Source of the DNA: Ginkgo biloba | Lineage: Eukaryota > Plantae > Ginkgophyta | Reading direction: 5' to 3' | Length of the DNA: 22,126 nt | NCBI GenBank assembly: GCA_024626585.2 | Contig: JANKJI020000001.1 | Coordinates: 12,345,265-12,367,390 of the forward strand | Position numbers and translations under genes: made by a program | Notes under the pieces: generated by a model | Told to the model about the DNA's origin: nothing | The model's input: the letters and a program-made list of their open reading frames with translations, nothing else | The model's database searches: none | Part shown: in pieces, positions 1-10,934 of the stretch | Layout of the letters: each line of letters starts with the position of its first letter | Position numbering within the stretch: position 1 is the stretch's first letter

Positions 1-56
1 GAGAACTTTGGAGTGACCTTGGTGAATGATGCAAGCTTTGAACTCATGAGATGTGG

Positions 57-920
57 CCACGTGTTTCAATCACACGTTCTCATAGACACATAGTATAGTA
101 GAAGGAGAAGGAAACACCCAAAAGGATTATAATATTAAATCCATGAGATCATGCCATGTGTCTTAATCTTGGTTCCTCACATGATGTTAATAAATTTCAT
201 TAACAAAGTACACCAATCAAGATAATACTAGATGCCACCATGTGTCCCAATCACATACACTCACAGATACACAAGAAGAGTGGGTAAAGGAGACAATGAT
301 GCCCAAGGAAATGAGATTAGATAATGAGAAATAATTCCACGTGTTTCAATCTTGAAACACTCTTAGGCACAAGGTATCATGTTGAGAACTTAATAGGTCA
401 AGGTGACATAGTTCATGAGAGGCAGCCACACATTCAAATCTTGCAAGCCCACAACCCAACGTAGTGCAACAAATAACAAGGAAAACATAAAAAGGNNNNN
501 NNNNNTTGTGATCTCAAGGTCTACGAGATCATGCCATGTGTCTTAATCTTGATTTTTCACACAAGTGTTATGGAGAAATTTATTACCAGAGCACATCATT
601 CAGGATGATACCTAATGCTACCACGTGTCCCAATCACGAGAACTCATAGAATCGCAGGAAGAGAGGATAAAGAGGATAATGTTTCCAAATGCTACAAGCT
701 TAGATAAAATGAATTAACACCATATATTTTAATCTTAAGACACTCTTCAACACATGGTATTATATTGAATACAAAATAGGTCAAGGAACTAGGGCAAGGG
801 ATGTGACCACATGTTTCAATCTTGTGTTTCTTCAGCACATTTTGGTAAAATGGTATGATGCTAACTTAGTCGTCTTAACACCACGATATCCTGAGTCTAT
901 AAAATCTTGCCACATGTAGG
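57..920. repeat. Degenerate tandem repeat, ~85-105 bp monomers with a conserved CCAYGTGTYYYAATC core, arranged as a ~380 bp four-monomer higher-order unit; probably TE-internal
   Basis: Core motif at 57, 154, 238, 337, 426, 534, 621, 720, 807 and partially at 910. The block ~141-450 aligns by eye to ~521-830 (e.g. GAGATCATGCCATGTGTCTTAATCTTG at 145 and 525; AATAGGTCAAGG at ~392 and ~775). Confidence 0.8.
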
Positions 921-1311
921 GATTACATTCAAAGATGAAATAACATAAAGTGATTGACTTGGGGGTATCTCTAAAAATTGGCATCATCGGTGGGATGTGT
1001 CGATAGTATTTAACATCATCGATGAACCTGCATAGAAAATTAACATTGTTCAAGGATGATCGATGGCATCTGATGAAACCAAATGATATGGAATATTGGA
1101 GACTAACATGGTCAGAGTGTAGGATACAAGACATATGTTGGAGGGACAGAAGACTGACATCTGTTAGAGAGAATTTTTAATTACACAACAATTCATCTCT
1201 TGCACAAAAAACTCAATGAATACTTAATAGTATCAAAGATAGTTTTAAGAGCCTAAGATCCAATTATAGACACTACCAGGATTGATGTTGATGATTACAA
1301 GTGTGTCATAT

Positions 1312-1331
1312 AGAGAGAGAGAGAGAGAGAG
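1312..1331 (+). repeat. (GA)n microsatellite abutting an assembly gap
   Basis: AGAGAGAGAGAGAGAGAGAG followed shortly by the N-run. Confidence 0.9.
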
Positions 1332-3559
1332 GANNNNNNNNNNNNNNNNNNNNNNNNNNNNNNNNNNNNNNNNNNNNNNNNNNNNNNNNNNNNNNNNNNN
1401 NNNNNNNNNNNNNNNNNNNNNNNNNNNNNNNNNAGATTTTTCTATTTCTTCAATAATTTCTTCATATTTAGAGTCATCTATTCTTCATCTTTGTCAGGAG
1501 GGTCCTCCTCATCTAGTTGCTCATCTAGTTCTTCAATCTATTTGCGGAGTATCCCTAAATGATCGAAGTTGTTTTGGATATTTTTTAGATTCTATTATAT
1601 TCATTAGATAGTTTCAACCCATCATTTCTCCATACATTCTTTAAAACTTTTTATTCTCAATCTATTTGGTAGGCTTGAGTGCTTTGCATGATTATGCTTT
1701 CCCTTCTTCCATTATGATGGAATAGGTAATTAGAACTAACTTTCATACACTCTTTATTTCCCATGCAATGATACTTTACGTTCTTCCTTCGTAGCCAATA
1801 ATGCCTTTATTTCCAATTACTTTTGTGGTTGCTTGAGTTTCGAACATTCCTCCTCATTTTGCCCATGAATCTTACAAAAGTTACAATATTTTTCTTCTCT
1901 TAAGAGTGAAATTTGGTCCTTTACCTCTTTAAAAATTTCCTTTGGGTGATGATTTGCCTAAAGAAGAAGGGTTATTTTGTTGTATATCTTTCATCTTATG
2001 CCATTTATTTAAACAAAAGATGAATGAGATTGCTTGCTTGATGACCACTTATGCAACACTGCTGCTACTTTCAAAGCTTAGGTTTATACCTTATCAAATG
2101 TTAGAATCTCAAAAAATTCCAAATCATTCTATATAGAAGAGGACAATCCTCCACTGAATGAAAGGAATTTCTAATGCTCTCAATTTCTTATGTGAAGCCT
2201 TATGGAAAGATGAAGAAATGTGCTATAATACTCTAGTAACTTGTTACCCCTTACTGTATTTAATCCGATGTTATTTCTCCCTATTATAATCCCTTAGATA
2301 GAAAGTGTTGAATCCTACTTTGTGATCTCCCCAATTTGTTATTGGTAGATCGCATGTAATAATGTGTCTATCCTAACTGTATTTATGGGTAATGAAAGTG
2401 GGGAAAGAAGAGGAGTTTCTTGTGAATGGCATGGTTATTGTATTGCATTGAGTAGTGTATCATCATTGAGAAGGTCCAAAATGTCATTATGCCTCACAAT
2501 TTGGCTTTTCTTTCTTGTATTTCTACAACCATGTATTATCATTGTTGAAAGTTTTTTATTGATGTATTAATAGTTTGACATCATTACCATCTTGGGAGGA
2601 ATTAAACCAAATGTATGAATTGAAGCCCTTTTGGGTGTGATAATGCCTCCTTAAGGAAAATAGTAGCAAATAAAATATAATTGTTAAATTTCAATTAAAG
2701 TACATATAATACTTGTTATATAGTCAAATGTTAGATCTACTCATGTTATAACTATTGCTTTGATACTCAGTGATTTATGCTCACTAGCTAAAGCTCAGAA
2801 ATTGAAAATTTGTGGATGTTTTAAAGAAGAGGTCATGACAAGTTTTGGGAATGGCTTTGCACAGAGGTAGAAAAGATCTAAACAAATGCCTCAAGTTATC
2901 AAAACTCAAAATCAAAACTAAAAAGAGTCCCTAAATTTATGCAAAAATCCCCTATAAAAAATTTGCAATATTTGAATGAGAACTAAGAGTCTATGGTGTT
3001 AGAAAGGTGGTGTTTGTTTTCTCTTGTGAGATAGCAATTCAAGCACTGGAATTTTATGGATAGGAGCATCTTACTCGTCTTTCCAACGATTTAGCCTACC
3101 AATGGCTTTGGAGAACGGGGGTGATAGAATCAAGCTCTCTTCATCAACCAATTCTCTTGATTTGCAAACTTGAAATAAAACACAAATGAATTTACCAAAA
3201 GAGGGACTTGTCCTCACCTCAATTGATGCAAGTAACCTTCTAAGCTTAGAAATAAGCCTTTCACGACAACATATAATGAAAAANNNNNNNNNNNNNNNNN
3301 NNNNNNNNNNNNNNNNNNNNNNNNNNNNNNNNNNNNNNNNNNNNNNNNNNNNNNNNNNNNNNNNNNNNNNNNNNNNNNNNNNNTTTGGATGAGATCTTAA
3401 GAAAAATCCACTTAATCATCTTATACTATATATGATAGCTCAGCATCCTCATCTCCCAACTTAAGGGGTTCTATGATCTTGACTTCCATGACTTGATAAA
3501 ATGGTCCTCATCTTTTGCATTCTAATTTGAAGTTTAAAATGAGTAGCATTTAACATCTT

Positions 3560-4000
3560 TATCAAAATCTTCCTCTTATTACACTCATTCAAGGGGAGGG
3601 GGTACTTCTATTTTTTCCCATAATCTATATCCATCTTGTTGGTATGATATGTAATCATTGCATCTATTGTAGCCAACCAAGGTATTCCCAAAATGATGAG
3701 ATATCCTATGGGATCTCTTATGGGTTGAATTGTAATAAAAATATACTAGATATTCCCAATTTACAATAGAAATGAGAACATCATCAAGTCACCCTTCTTA
3801 CTAGACCATAGATATATGAGCCATATATAGAAATGAGGACATTAATAAGTCACTCTTTCATATGGATTGTTTGCTTGGTCTTTCTACCAGTTAAAGGGTT
3901 TCCTATGGCCTTTATTTACCTTTATACAGATCGTCCTTTAGGGTTTTTATGCCTTAGTTATTTATACATGGGAAATCCATCTATCTTGCTTTCTAGATTA
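3560..4000 (-). mobile_element. Degenerate Ty3/gypsy gag-protease remnant
   Basis: Manual minus-strand translation gives DDVLISIVNWEYLVY (~3787-3745), then after a frameshift GYLIILGIPWLATIDAMI (~3710-3655). This matches the gypsy aspartic-protease C-terminal pattern (DV...WEYP.DF...ILGRPWLAT.DA). Stops and frameshifts are present. Confidence 0.7.
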
Positions 4001-5539
4001 ATTTATCCAATATTTCCTATACTTTAGTTGTCATGTCAAATCCCAGCTATGATATTTTTCCCTATAGTGACTTTAAACATACTCATGCCAAGGAAATATT
4101 GTGTATATAAATCTTTGTTAAGTGGTTTCTTCTTTTATGTTAAAATAGTAAAATACAAATTCATTATCGTATTCACACTTTTGGGCGAGCTTTCAATTCA
4201 GCAGGCATCAACCAATCTCAACTACTGGTCAATTTCAATTTCAGAAGCAAGTTCCATGCACACAAAACACTCAAATTACCTCCATCTAAGATGTGATTAG
4301 TACTTACCATGAACTTATCATCTACTGTCATGTAATCAAAATTTGGAAAACAAGTAGTTTCCCTTCTACACATATTATATATCTTTCGGATTGTCTTTCA
4401 AGTGATACATTAAAGCTCTCCTTGGATACAGAAACATGAATTGGCAACATACTCCCTAACTTCCTCTCTTACTTGTTAACAATCATAAAATAAATAAAAC
4501 CAAAAACCTTGGTTAATGAATTAATGTGCTTACATAGAGACTTCCCTGGTGGAGCCAGAAGCCAGTGTCCATAGGACACACATGGTCTATCTAAACCTGT
4601 GCAGTGACAATTACATCGGCCTAAAATGGCATAGCTGAAATGATAATTTAAAACCTTGGATATCCAGCTAGTCAATGATCCAAATAACATTACAATCTAC
4701 TGAAGTTCAAATCCCATCATTTTTCTTCATGCAAACATGTCTCTCCTACTTGCAGAAGGTGGCGAGCCCATATGTTCAAAAATATGTTCCTTCGCATCTC
4801 AGCTTTTCGTTGTAATCTACTTGAGTTTTCCAGTGGAAACTGATAATGTTAGAGTTACCATAACATAAACCAGGAAACTGTTTTTAAGTTAAATAACAGA
4901 GAGATTAATGGATTATTTCTTTGGTGCCAATTTAATGTTGATTGAACATTAGATTTCGCCATCAGCATCTTTGCAGATGCTTTATCTTTGAGTAAGTCAT
5001 CCTTCTCATTCAACAAAGTTAAATGAAAATTGGTAAGACGCCCCGCTTACTGTATAATTGAAATATACTCTCTGAATTTGCATCCTTTTGTCTTTTCTTC
5101 AGAATGTATATCCTCCTCATGGTTAAAGAGGAGGTTGAATCTGTTTCCCCATCCATCCTTACTTCAAGACAAAATGACAAGAGTTTCTGCTATGAAAATC
5201 AATCTGGAGTTGGTCACCAAAGCTTGTGCAGACTGTTGTGAAACTATCCAGAAGCTTGTGCAGTTTGCTATCCTGAAGTTTCTGGAGATTGTCAAGGAAA
5301 TTACTAACAAAATCAAATAAATCAATAATTTAACATTGCACTTAACCTTTTCACTTCATCAGAAATTCTTGCATCCTCCAATTTTGTTCATATTGAGTGC
5401 CTCCCACAAGAATACCAGCTCCTATCATTCTGGTCAGATGTGAATGGTTTGNNNNNNNNNNNNNNNNNNNNNNNNNNNNNNNNNNNNNNNNNNNNTCACA
5501 AGCGTTGAAGAGAGCATCAAATCTTCTTACGTTTCATAC

Positions 5540-5887
5540 CTATAATCTGAGTCCCTTCACCTGAGCAGCAGAACCTACTTTTTGCCCTATCTTGCCAGCA
5601 GAATTAGGTGATTGGTTGCCCATATTGGACATGATTCTTGGGGCAGCAGATAAACATGGATTACAGTTAGAAGATTGAACAGGGCTGGTTGCAGGAGCTG
5701 AGCTCACAGCCATTTNNNNNNNNNNNNNNNNNNNNNNNNNNNNNNNNNNNNNNNNNNNNNNNNNNNNNTGTTGAACAGGCAAACGCAGGCATGCCAGACG
5801 GCTACCTCGTTGATTGGAGAAACCAGGGAGGCTCATCACTGGCACACTTGATTCATCCTCCCTTGCAACTGGAGCTCCACTTGGATC
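5540..5887 (-). CDS. KIN10A: KIN10A-like last coding exon
   Basis: Acceptor CTGTAG|GAT at 5888/5887. Reads DPSGAPVAREDESSVPVMSLP...LACLR...GLRL then TAG at 5542-5540. Contains N-gap 5716-5768; only this frame is open after the gap. Confidence 0.8.
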   Translation of the reverse strand, partial: DPSGAPVAREDESSVPVMSLPGFSNQRGSRLACLRLPVQXXXXXXXXXXXXXXXXXXXMAVSSAPATSPVQSSNCNPCLSAAPRIMSNMGNQSPNSAGKIGQKVGSAAQVKGLRL

Positions 5888-6083
5888 CTACAGATACCAT
5901 CAACCTCATTAACTCTTCATCTCCACAAACATCAGTCTTATTCCCAAGAATGCTAGCAATGTGGAACCATATCACATCTGCTATAGCATACAGGCAACCA
6001 ACTCATTCAAGGACAAAGGAAATCTTAGGAGCTATATACGTTACTTGCTCAAGAAGAGTAGTATGTGAAACAGAAAATCTTAC

Positions 6084-7929
6084 CCTCAGTGTGAGAAAAA
6101 TGAAGTCTCCTTTGGCAATAGGCTCAATCATCTTTCGCAAATCCTCAAGAAAGGCATCCTTTGCAATTCTTATAATCCCAATCAACTTCTCGGAGGCCTC
6201 CTTAGAAGTCTCCCATTTTACATACACATCACACTTTTGGTCCTGCGGCTCTATAGTTTGATCTTCTTTTTTATCTCTTGATTCAGCCTGATTGTCTGGA
6301 TAATCTCTGTGGCCTGGATATTCAGAATAACTGGTTGATATTGATTTTATCTCAGGCAATGCTGAAGCAGAGCTAAGCCCATTGATTGAGATGGTGGTCT
6401 GGAACATTTCTTTGAGCTGGTCTTTATTTACTTCACACTCAAGTTTTGATATATTTGCATTGCTCTCTGTCAATACATTGCCAAACAGTAGCCTCTTTGG
6501 AGACGTAAAATCTCTAGGACTTGTGGATGATGAAAGGGTTAATGAGGGCAATGAATAAGATTCTTGAGAAGGGTAGATTTTCATTGAGCTATCTAGGCTA
6601 ACACTTCTGGTTAGTTTTTGAGAACCAGCAGGACTGTCACTGCTTGATAAACTTGAGGGGTTTGTAAAACCTTGCATTCCAACTTTTGTTTTGGTTACCT
6701 TGTTAGCCTCCTTGCTTTTCCCAGCAGCTCCAATTCTTGCTCGTGCAGCCACTTCCCTGTAATTCCCACACAGCAAAAATATGTTCTCAATACGTGTTCT
6801 TCTTTCATCTTTCACATACCACTCCGGATCCCGCAATTTACCTATTTCATGCTCGAAACAGCTTCTTCTGCAACCTTTGTTAACACTTGCTGAACACACA
6901 CAATTACAGCCATTGAAAGCAATTCCTTCATCTGAAACACCCTCAATTTGTTCCTCCACACTCTCCTCTTCTTCAAATACAGTGGGTAACAAGCCTTTTC
7001 TCATAAATCTTGTTGATTCTATGGGATCATCTTTGTCTTCCTCTTCATCAGATAAGACAGAGGGAGAGCCTTCACGGTTGTCTTTGTTTGAGTTCCTAAT
7101 CTTGTATGAATTGCACGAGCTCTTTTCTCCATTGGAGGTCACTCCATGAAGACCATTCAAGTGATTTCCACCTTCAAACCCATTGCAATTTGTGATTTTC
7201 TGCAATTCTTCCATGTTACATGGTTGCACCTCTTCTAAAACCTTGGATATTTTTCTAACCTGTTCATTAACCCTGATTAGGCACGTTTCAGGGATTATCT
7301 TAATTTCNNNNNNNNNNTTGTTAAGATGTAGCGGGTGAGCTTCAGGAGGAATGCAACATCAAGCTTGCTTCCCAGATGCCTGAGTTCAGACTCTATTTCC
7401 TCCAAACGTTTCCTCAGTATGTCAACCTCCTGTTGTTGCTGAACAATGTGTTTTTCCATCCTCATGCTCCTAACATCCACATAATCCATTGCATTTCTTC
7501 GGTACTCCTCACATTTTCTTTCCAGCTCGGCTTGCAATAGCCTGGCCCTTTCTTCAACCTTAAATTCTAATTCATCCTCTGCCTTCCTCCTCTTTTCTTC
7601 CATTTCTCCAAGCTGTGCTCTCAGTTGGACAATTTCTTCCACCTTATCTTGCAGTTCCCTTCGGGCTTCTTCTCTTTCCTTCTCTTTCAACATATTCTCC
7701 CTTTGAAGCTTTAAGATATACTCGTCCATGACCAAGATGCGAGCCCCTCCATCACAGACTCCAAACCCTCCGATTTGTTTTTTTCCTTTGGAGGAGAATT
7801 GGGCAAGCGAACAATGCACTTTGCCTTGGCCCCATACTCTAGTGTTCCAATGGTCTTGTGTATGTCTCGAGCATCTGGACTCGCACAGAGCACCATCAAA
7901 AGTTTGGCACCATCATCTTCAAAAGAATC
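6084..7929 (-). CDS. KIN10A: KIN10A-like large exon (motor end, coiled coil, tail); frameshift at ~7745 and N-gap at 7308-7317
   Basis: Acceptor TTTTAATTTTGGGTGTATGCAG|GAT at 7930/7929. Covered by ORFs 7711-7977, 7295-7819 and 6003-7229 (the last frame is open back to the gap edge at 7307). Donor AGG|GTAAGA at 6084/6083. Confidence 0.85.
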
Positions 7930-8775
7930 CTGCATACACCCAAAATTAAAAGGCAGAATTTTAATTTTAATCTGCATGTATTACACTGCCTGAGGGCACA
8001 GCGCGTCCTAATNNNNNNNNNNNNNNNNNNNNNNNNNNNNNNNNNNNNNNNNNNNNNNNNNNNNNNNNNNNNNNNNNNNNNNNNNNNNNNNNNNNNNNNN
8101 NNNNNNNNNNNNTGTAGCTATATAATTTATAGTAATCAATCATTGTCTATAGGAACAATATTTCATTAAAGTAAATTTATAATATACAATCATCCAACTA
8201 CTAGGAATGGACCAATTTACACATCGACTAATAGGCCCATATAAAATACAAATAGTATAATGTTTGTACCATCTTTTTTATTGATTTAATAAACAACTAC
8301 ATATTTAGTAATAGATTCTTGAGCATTAGACATAATTCTATGTAGATAAACATGTAATATTGACAATGTTTTATTATCTCAAAACTGAGATCAAACTAAA
8401 AGGATGTAGTTCTTGCATTTTCAAGCCATAGGAGATGTACTTTTCCAGAGATAATTGTGATAAAAGGGCATAGTATTCTTAAATCTTTTTTTTTTGCTAG
8501 ATTTAAAACTTCAAGTGAAGTAATTCATGATTTTGATGTTATAGAGACATATCATCAAATATTGAGAAATAGGGAGAAGACATATATATTTTGATAAAAT
8601 ATTGATAATAGTGAAGCACAACAATATTTGTGGTCACTATTTTACTATGGTTGAATCAATACTAACCATATTATATTATTACAATATTATTAAAATGCTA
8701 CTAAACTATTAACAGAATCGAAATCGAACTGTAAATACTTGCGGGCTTGCCGAGAATATCTGAGAGGTACGGGGG

Positions 8776-9186
8776 TCTGGACTCGCACAGAGCACCATCA
8801 TCTTCAAAAGAATCCTGAAGAAGCATGGTGAGTGTGTTGCCTCTATATGGTACATGCAAGTCTCCATTTGCAATGGCTTCAACAATTCGCTTCAGCGCAA
8901 CATTGCCTTGATTGATTTTGCCAATCTGCATTTTTGCCCCCAAGCCCACGGAGCCAGCTTGATCAATGTTTTCTGAACCAGCCATGTCCACTAGCGGGCC
9001 TCCCACTGCATGCACGTCTAGTAGTTTTATTAGACAGTGGCTACGAGAGCTTCTCTCATTCCATAGAGTATTCTTGACAACTCTCCGTCTTTCTACTTTG
9101 GCCACCTCTTTGGCAATCTTTCCAGCTTCACTTCCCGAAATGAACATTGCATTCTTCACTTTCTTACCCATCACTTCTAGCTTTAC
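8776..9186 (-). CDS. KIN10A: KIN10A-like coding block 2 (second half of motor), intron-less, degenerate and 3'-truncated
   Basis: Acceptor TTGCAG ends at 9187. Reads VKLEVMGKK...RSSRSHCL...LVDMAGSEN...MLLQDSFEDDGA. Homology to the downstream exon is lost after 8776. Confidence 0.85.
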
Positions 9187-9944
9187 CTGCAAGCGATTGA
9201 AGCAGAATCCACGAACTCATGAACGAAAACAGAAGAGGGAACAAACTATAACGCTTGCTTGAACAGAGTACATCAGTTTTGTGACACACATTGAGTACAG
9301 TATGNNNNNNNNNNTTAGAGTACAAAATCCATAAAACCTTTTCATAATCGTACATTGGGAGTCTTAATTCGAATTGCAATTGTTTGACAAACATGCTAAA
9401 ATTACAAAATACTAAGCAGTAGGAATGCTCATTCACAGGCTCATGGAAAATAAGAGCATTCAGTATAAAAATATGAAGGATATTGAATCCCTTCTACAGA
9501 TAATATATCCAATCCCACCTGAGCCACGATATATCAAATGCATCCAAATCAAACACCAAAAGAATTATCAGAAATTCTCAGTGTCATTGTATATTGCACT
9601 TGATTAGAAAAATTTGTTTGTAATCCTGCCTATCCTAGGTATAATGGGCTAATTACCCATCAATGGTCTTTTGAACTTCAGTGTCCAATGATGAATTACA
9701 TGGGCTTATTCTGCCAACCAATATTGGATTACAAATTTCAATCGGCGGGCAGGGGTGATAGACCTATTCCAAACCTGTTAAAGCAGGACAGACATNNNNN
9801 NNNNNNNNNNNNNNNNNNTTATATGGATAGAAGGTCCCATTGGCCATATCTTAACCCGAGAGAAAGAATTATATTCATGCACAATTTCTCATCCATAGAC
9901 CAGTTGAAAAGCATGAAAAACGAGGTGGGTAGCAATGATCTAAC

Positions 9945-10583
9945 CCGGCATCCTCCGTTCTTGAACCAGCCAATGTTGGGCACATTGGTAGCCAACAGAT
10001 CAAAAATCTCTTCATTGTAAATTTCCAGAACAGTAACCTTGACCTTCAATCTCTGGTGAAAGAGACCCTCTTCGATTCCAGACGGATCACTCAATATGTG
10101 ATGCAACGCACGGTACACAATTCCAGGTTCTTTGGCACATCCAAACATGGTGTGGCTTTTGCCAGAGCCAGTAGGGCCATACATGATAATGGTGCATCGC
10201 CCACCTGTCTTAATCCCAAAAACACGGCTTTCAACGAATTTCTTGTAAAACCCTTCTAGGTTCTCTTTCTCTGCCAGAGATATTCCATCCAGGCTGAAAT
10301 CCCTGTACCCAATTTCTGTTTTAACCCTCACAGCGGCCTCCTGTGCTTTCGATCCCTCCACCACCTCAAATGCAGGTTGCTGCGACTCTTTTCGATCTGG
10401 GTGTTCCCGAATTCGTCCCACAACCTCTACCGGGTGGTCGGTGGAGTAATTGGAAGCATTAACAAGTGCCACTGGACTGGTGTTGGGTTTACTGTTGTTG
10501 TTGATACGAGGTTTGGGGGTTGGAGTGGTTATGCGTGCGTTTGATGATGATAATCCGTTTCTTGTAGCAGGAAACGGAGCCAT
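9945..10583 (-). CDS. KIN10A: KIN10A-like coding exon 1 (N-terminus and first half of motor domain)
   Basis: ATG at 10583 (MAPFP...). 213 open codons ending ...GWFKNGGCR, followed by a phase-0 donor GTTAGA at 9944. Confidence 0.9.
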
Positions 10584-10934
10584 TGCTTTGTCTACGGAAG
10601 GATTGATTTGAAGGTCAGCAACCACTCTAATTTCCAATAGGAATTTGCCAGGAAGAACATTCCTGACTCTCAGGCCATGGTGAAAAGAAGAACTCTCATT
10701 GGGAAACAGAGCAAGAAGATGAATCGGTTTAAAAGGGTTAGCTAGCCAAGAGAATGGAAATACATTTGCTTTGGAATGAATGAATGAATGGACAGACTGT
10801 TTCTTGTGGGTTGGAGACGGATGAATGGAATAACCTGCTGTCTTCTGCCTTTCTTGGATATCCCAAGAAGAGGCAGAATTGGACGAACAATTAGCGTAAA
10901 AACGATTGTTAGAGGAAAGAGAAGAATAGTAGTG

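Larger units (their letters stand above)
5540..10583 (-). pseudogene. KIN10A: Kinesin-10 family gene, KIN10A/PAKRP2 (phragmoplast-associated kinesin) type; disrupted as assembled (pseudogene or mis-assembled gene)
   Basis: P-loop GPTGSGKS, switch I NERSSRSH, switch II LVDMAGSE. KIN10A-type motifs HPVEVVGRIR, LEYGAKAKCIVR, coiled coil MDEYILKLQ, LPTVFEEEE, RIENIFLLCGN, DVYVKWE, DPSGAPVA. Disruptions: frameshift at ~7745, no splice donor after MLLQ, degenerate residues at 9030-8815. Confidence 0.85.

Noticed and set aside
57-920. CRISPR-like look (regularly spaced conserved cores)
   Set aside because: The cores are degenerate, the linkers are homologous to each other, the context is eukaryotic and there are no cas genes.
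1162-3260. Possible LTR edge (TGTTAGAGA at 1162) and a stop-riddled acidic minus-strand reading (EELDEQLDEEDPPDKDEE ~1535-1482)
   Set aside because: Probably TE-derived, but I could not recognise a domain, partner LTR or TSD.
7295-7320. Apparent second frameshift and stop in the kinesin
   Set aside because: The frame change coincides with a 10-N gap of uncertain length, and both sides are open up to the gap.
5689-7993. Plus-strand ORFs of 72-190 aa overlapping the kinesin
   Set aside because: Antisense shadows of the kinesin CDS with no recognisable motifs.
10584-10637. N-terminal extension MEIRVVADL... in the ORF track
   Set aside because: It starts at TTG. The first in-frame ATG (10583, MAP...) matches the family N-terminus.
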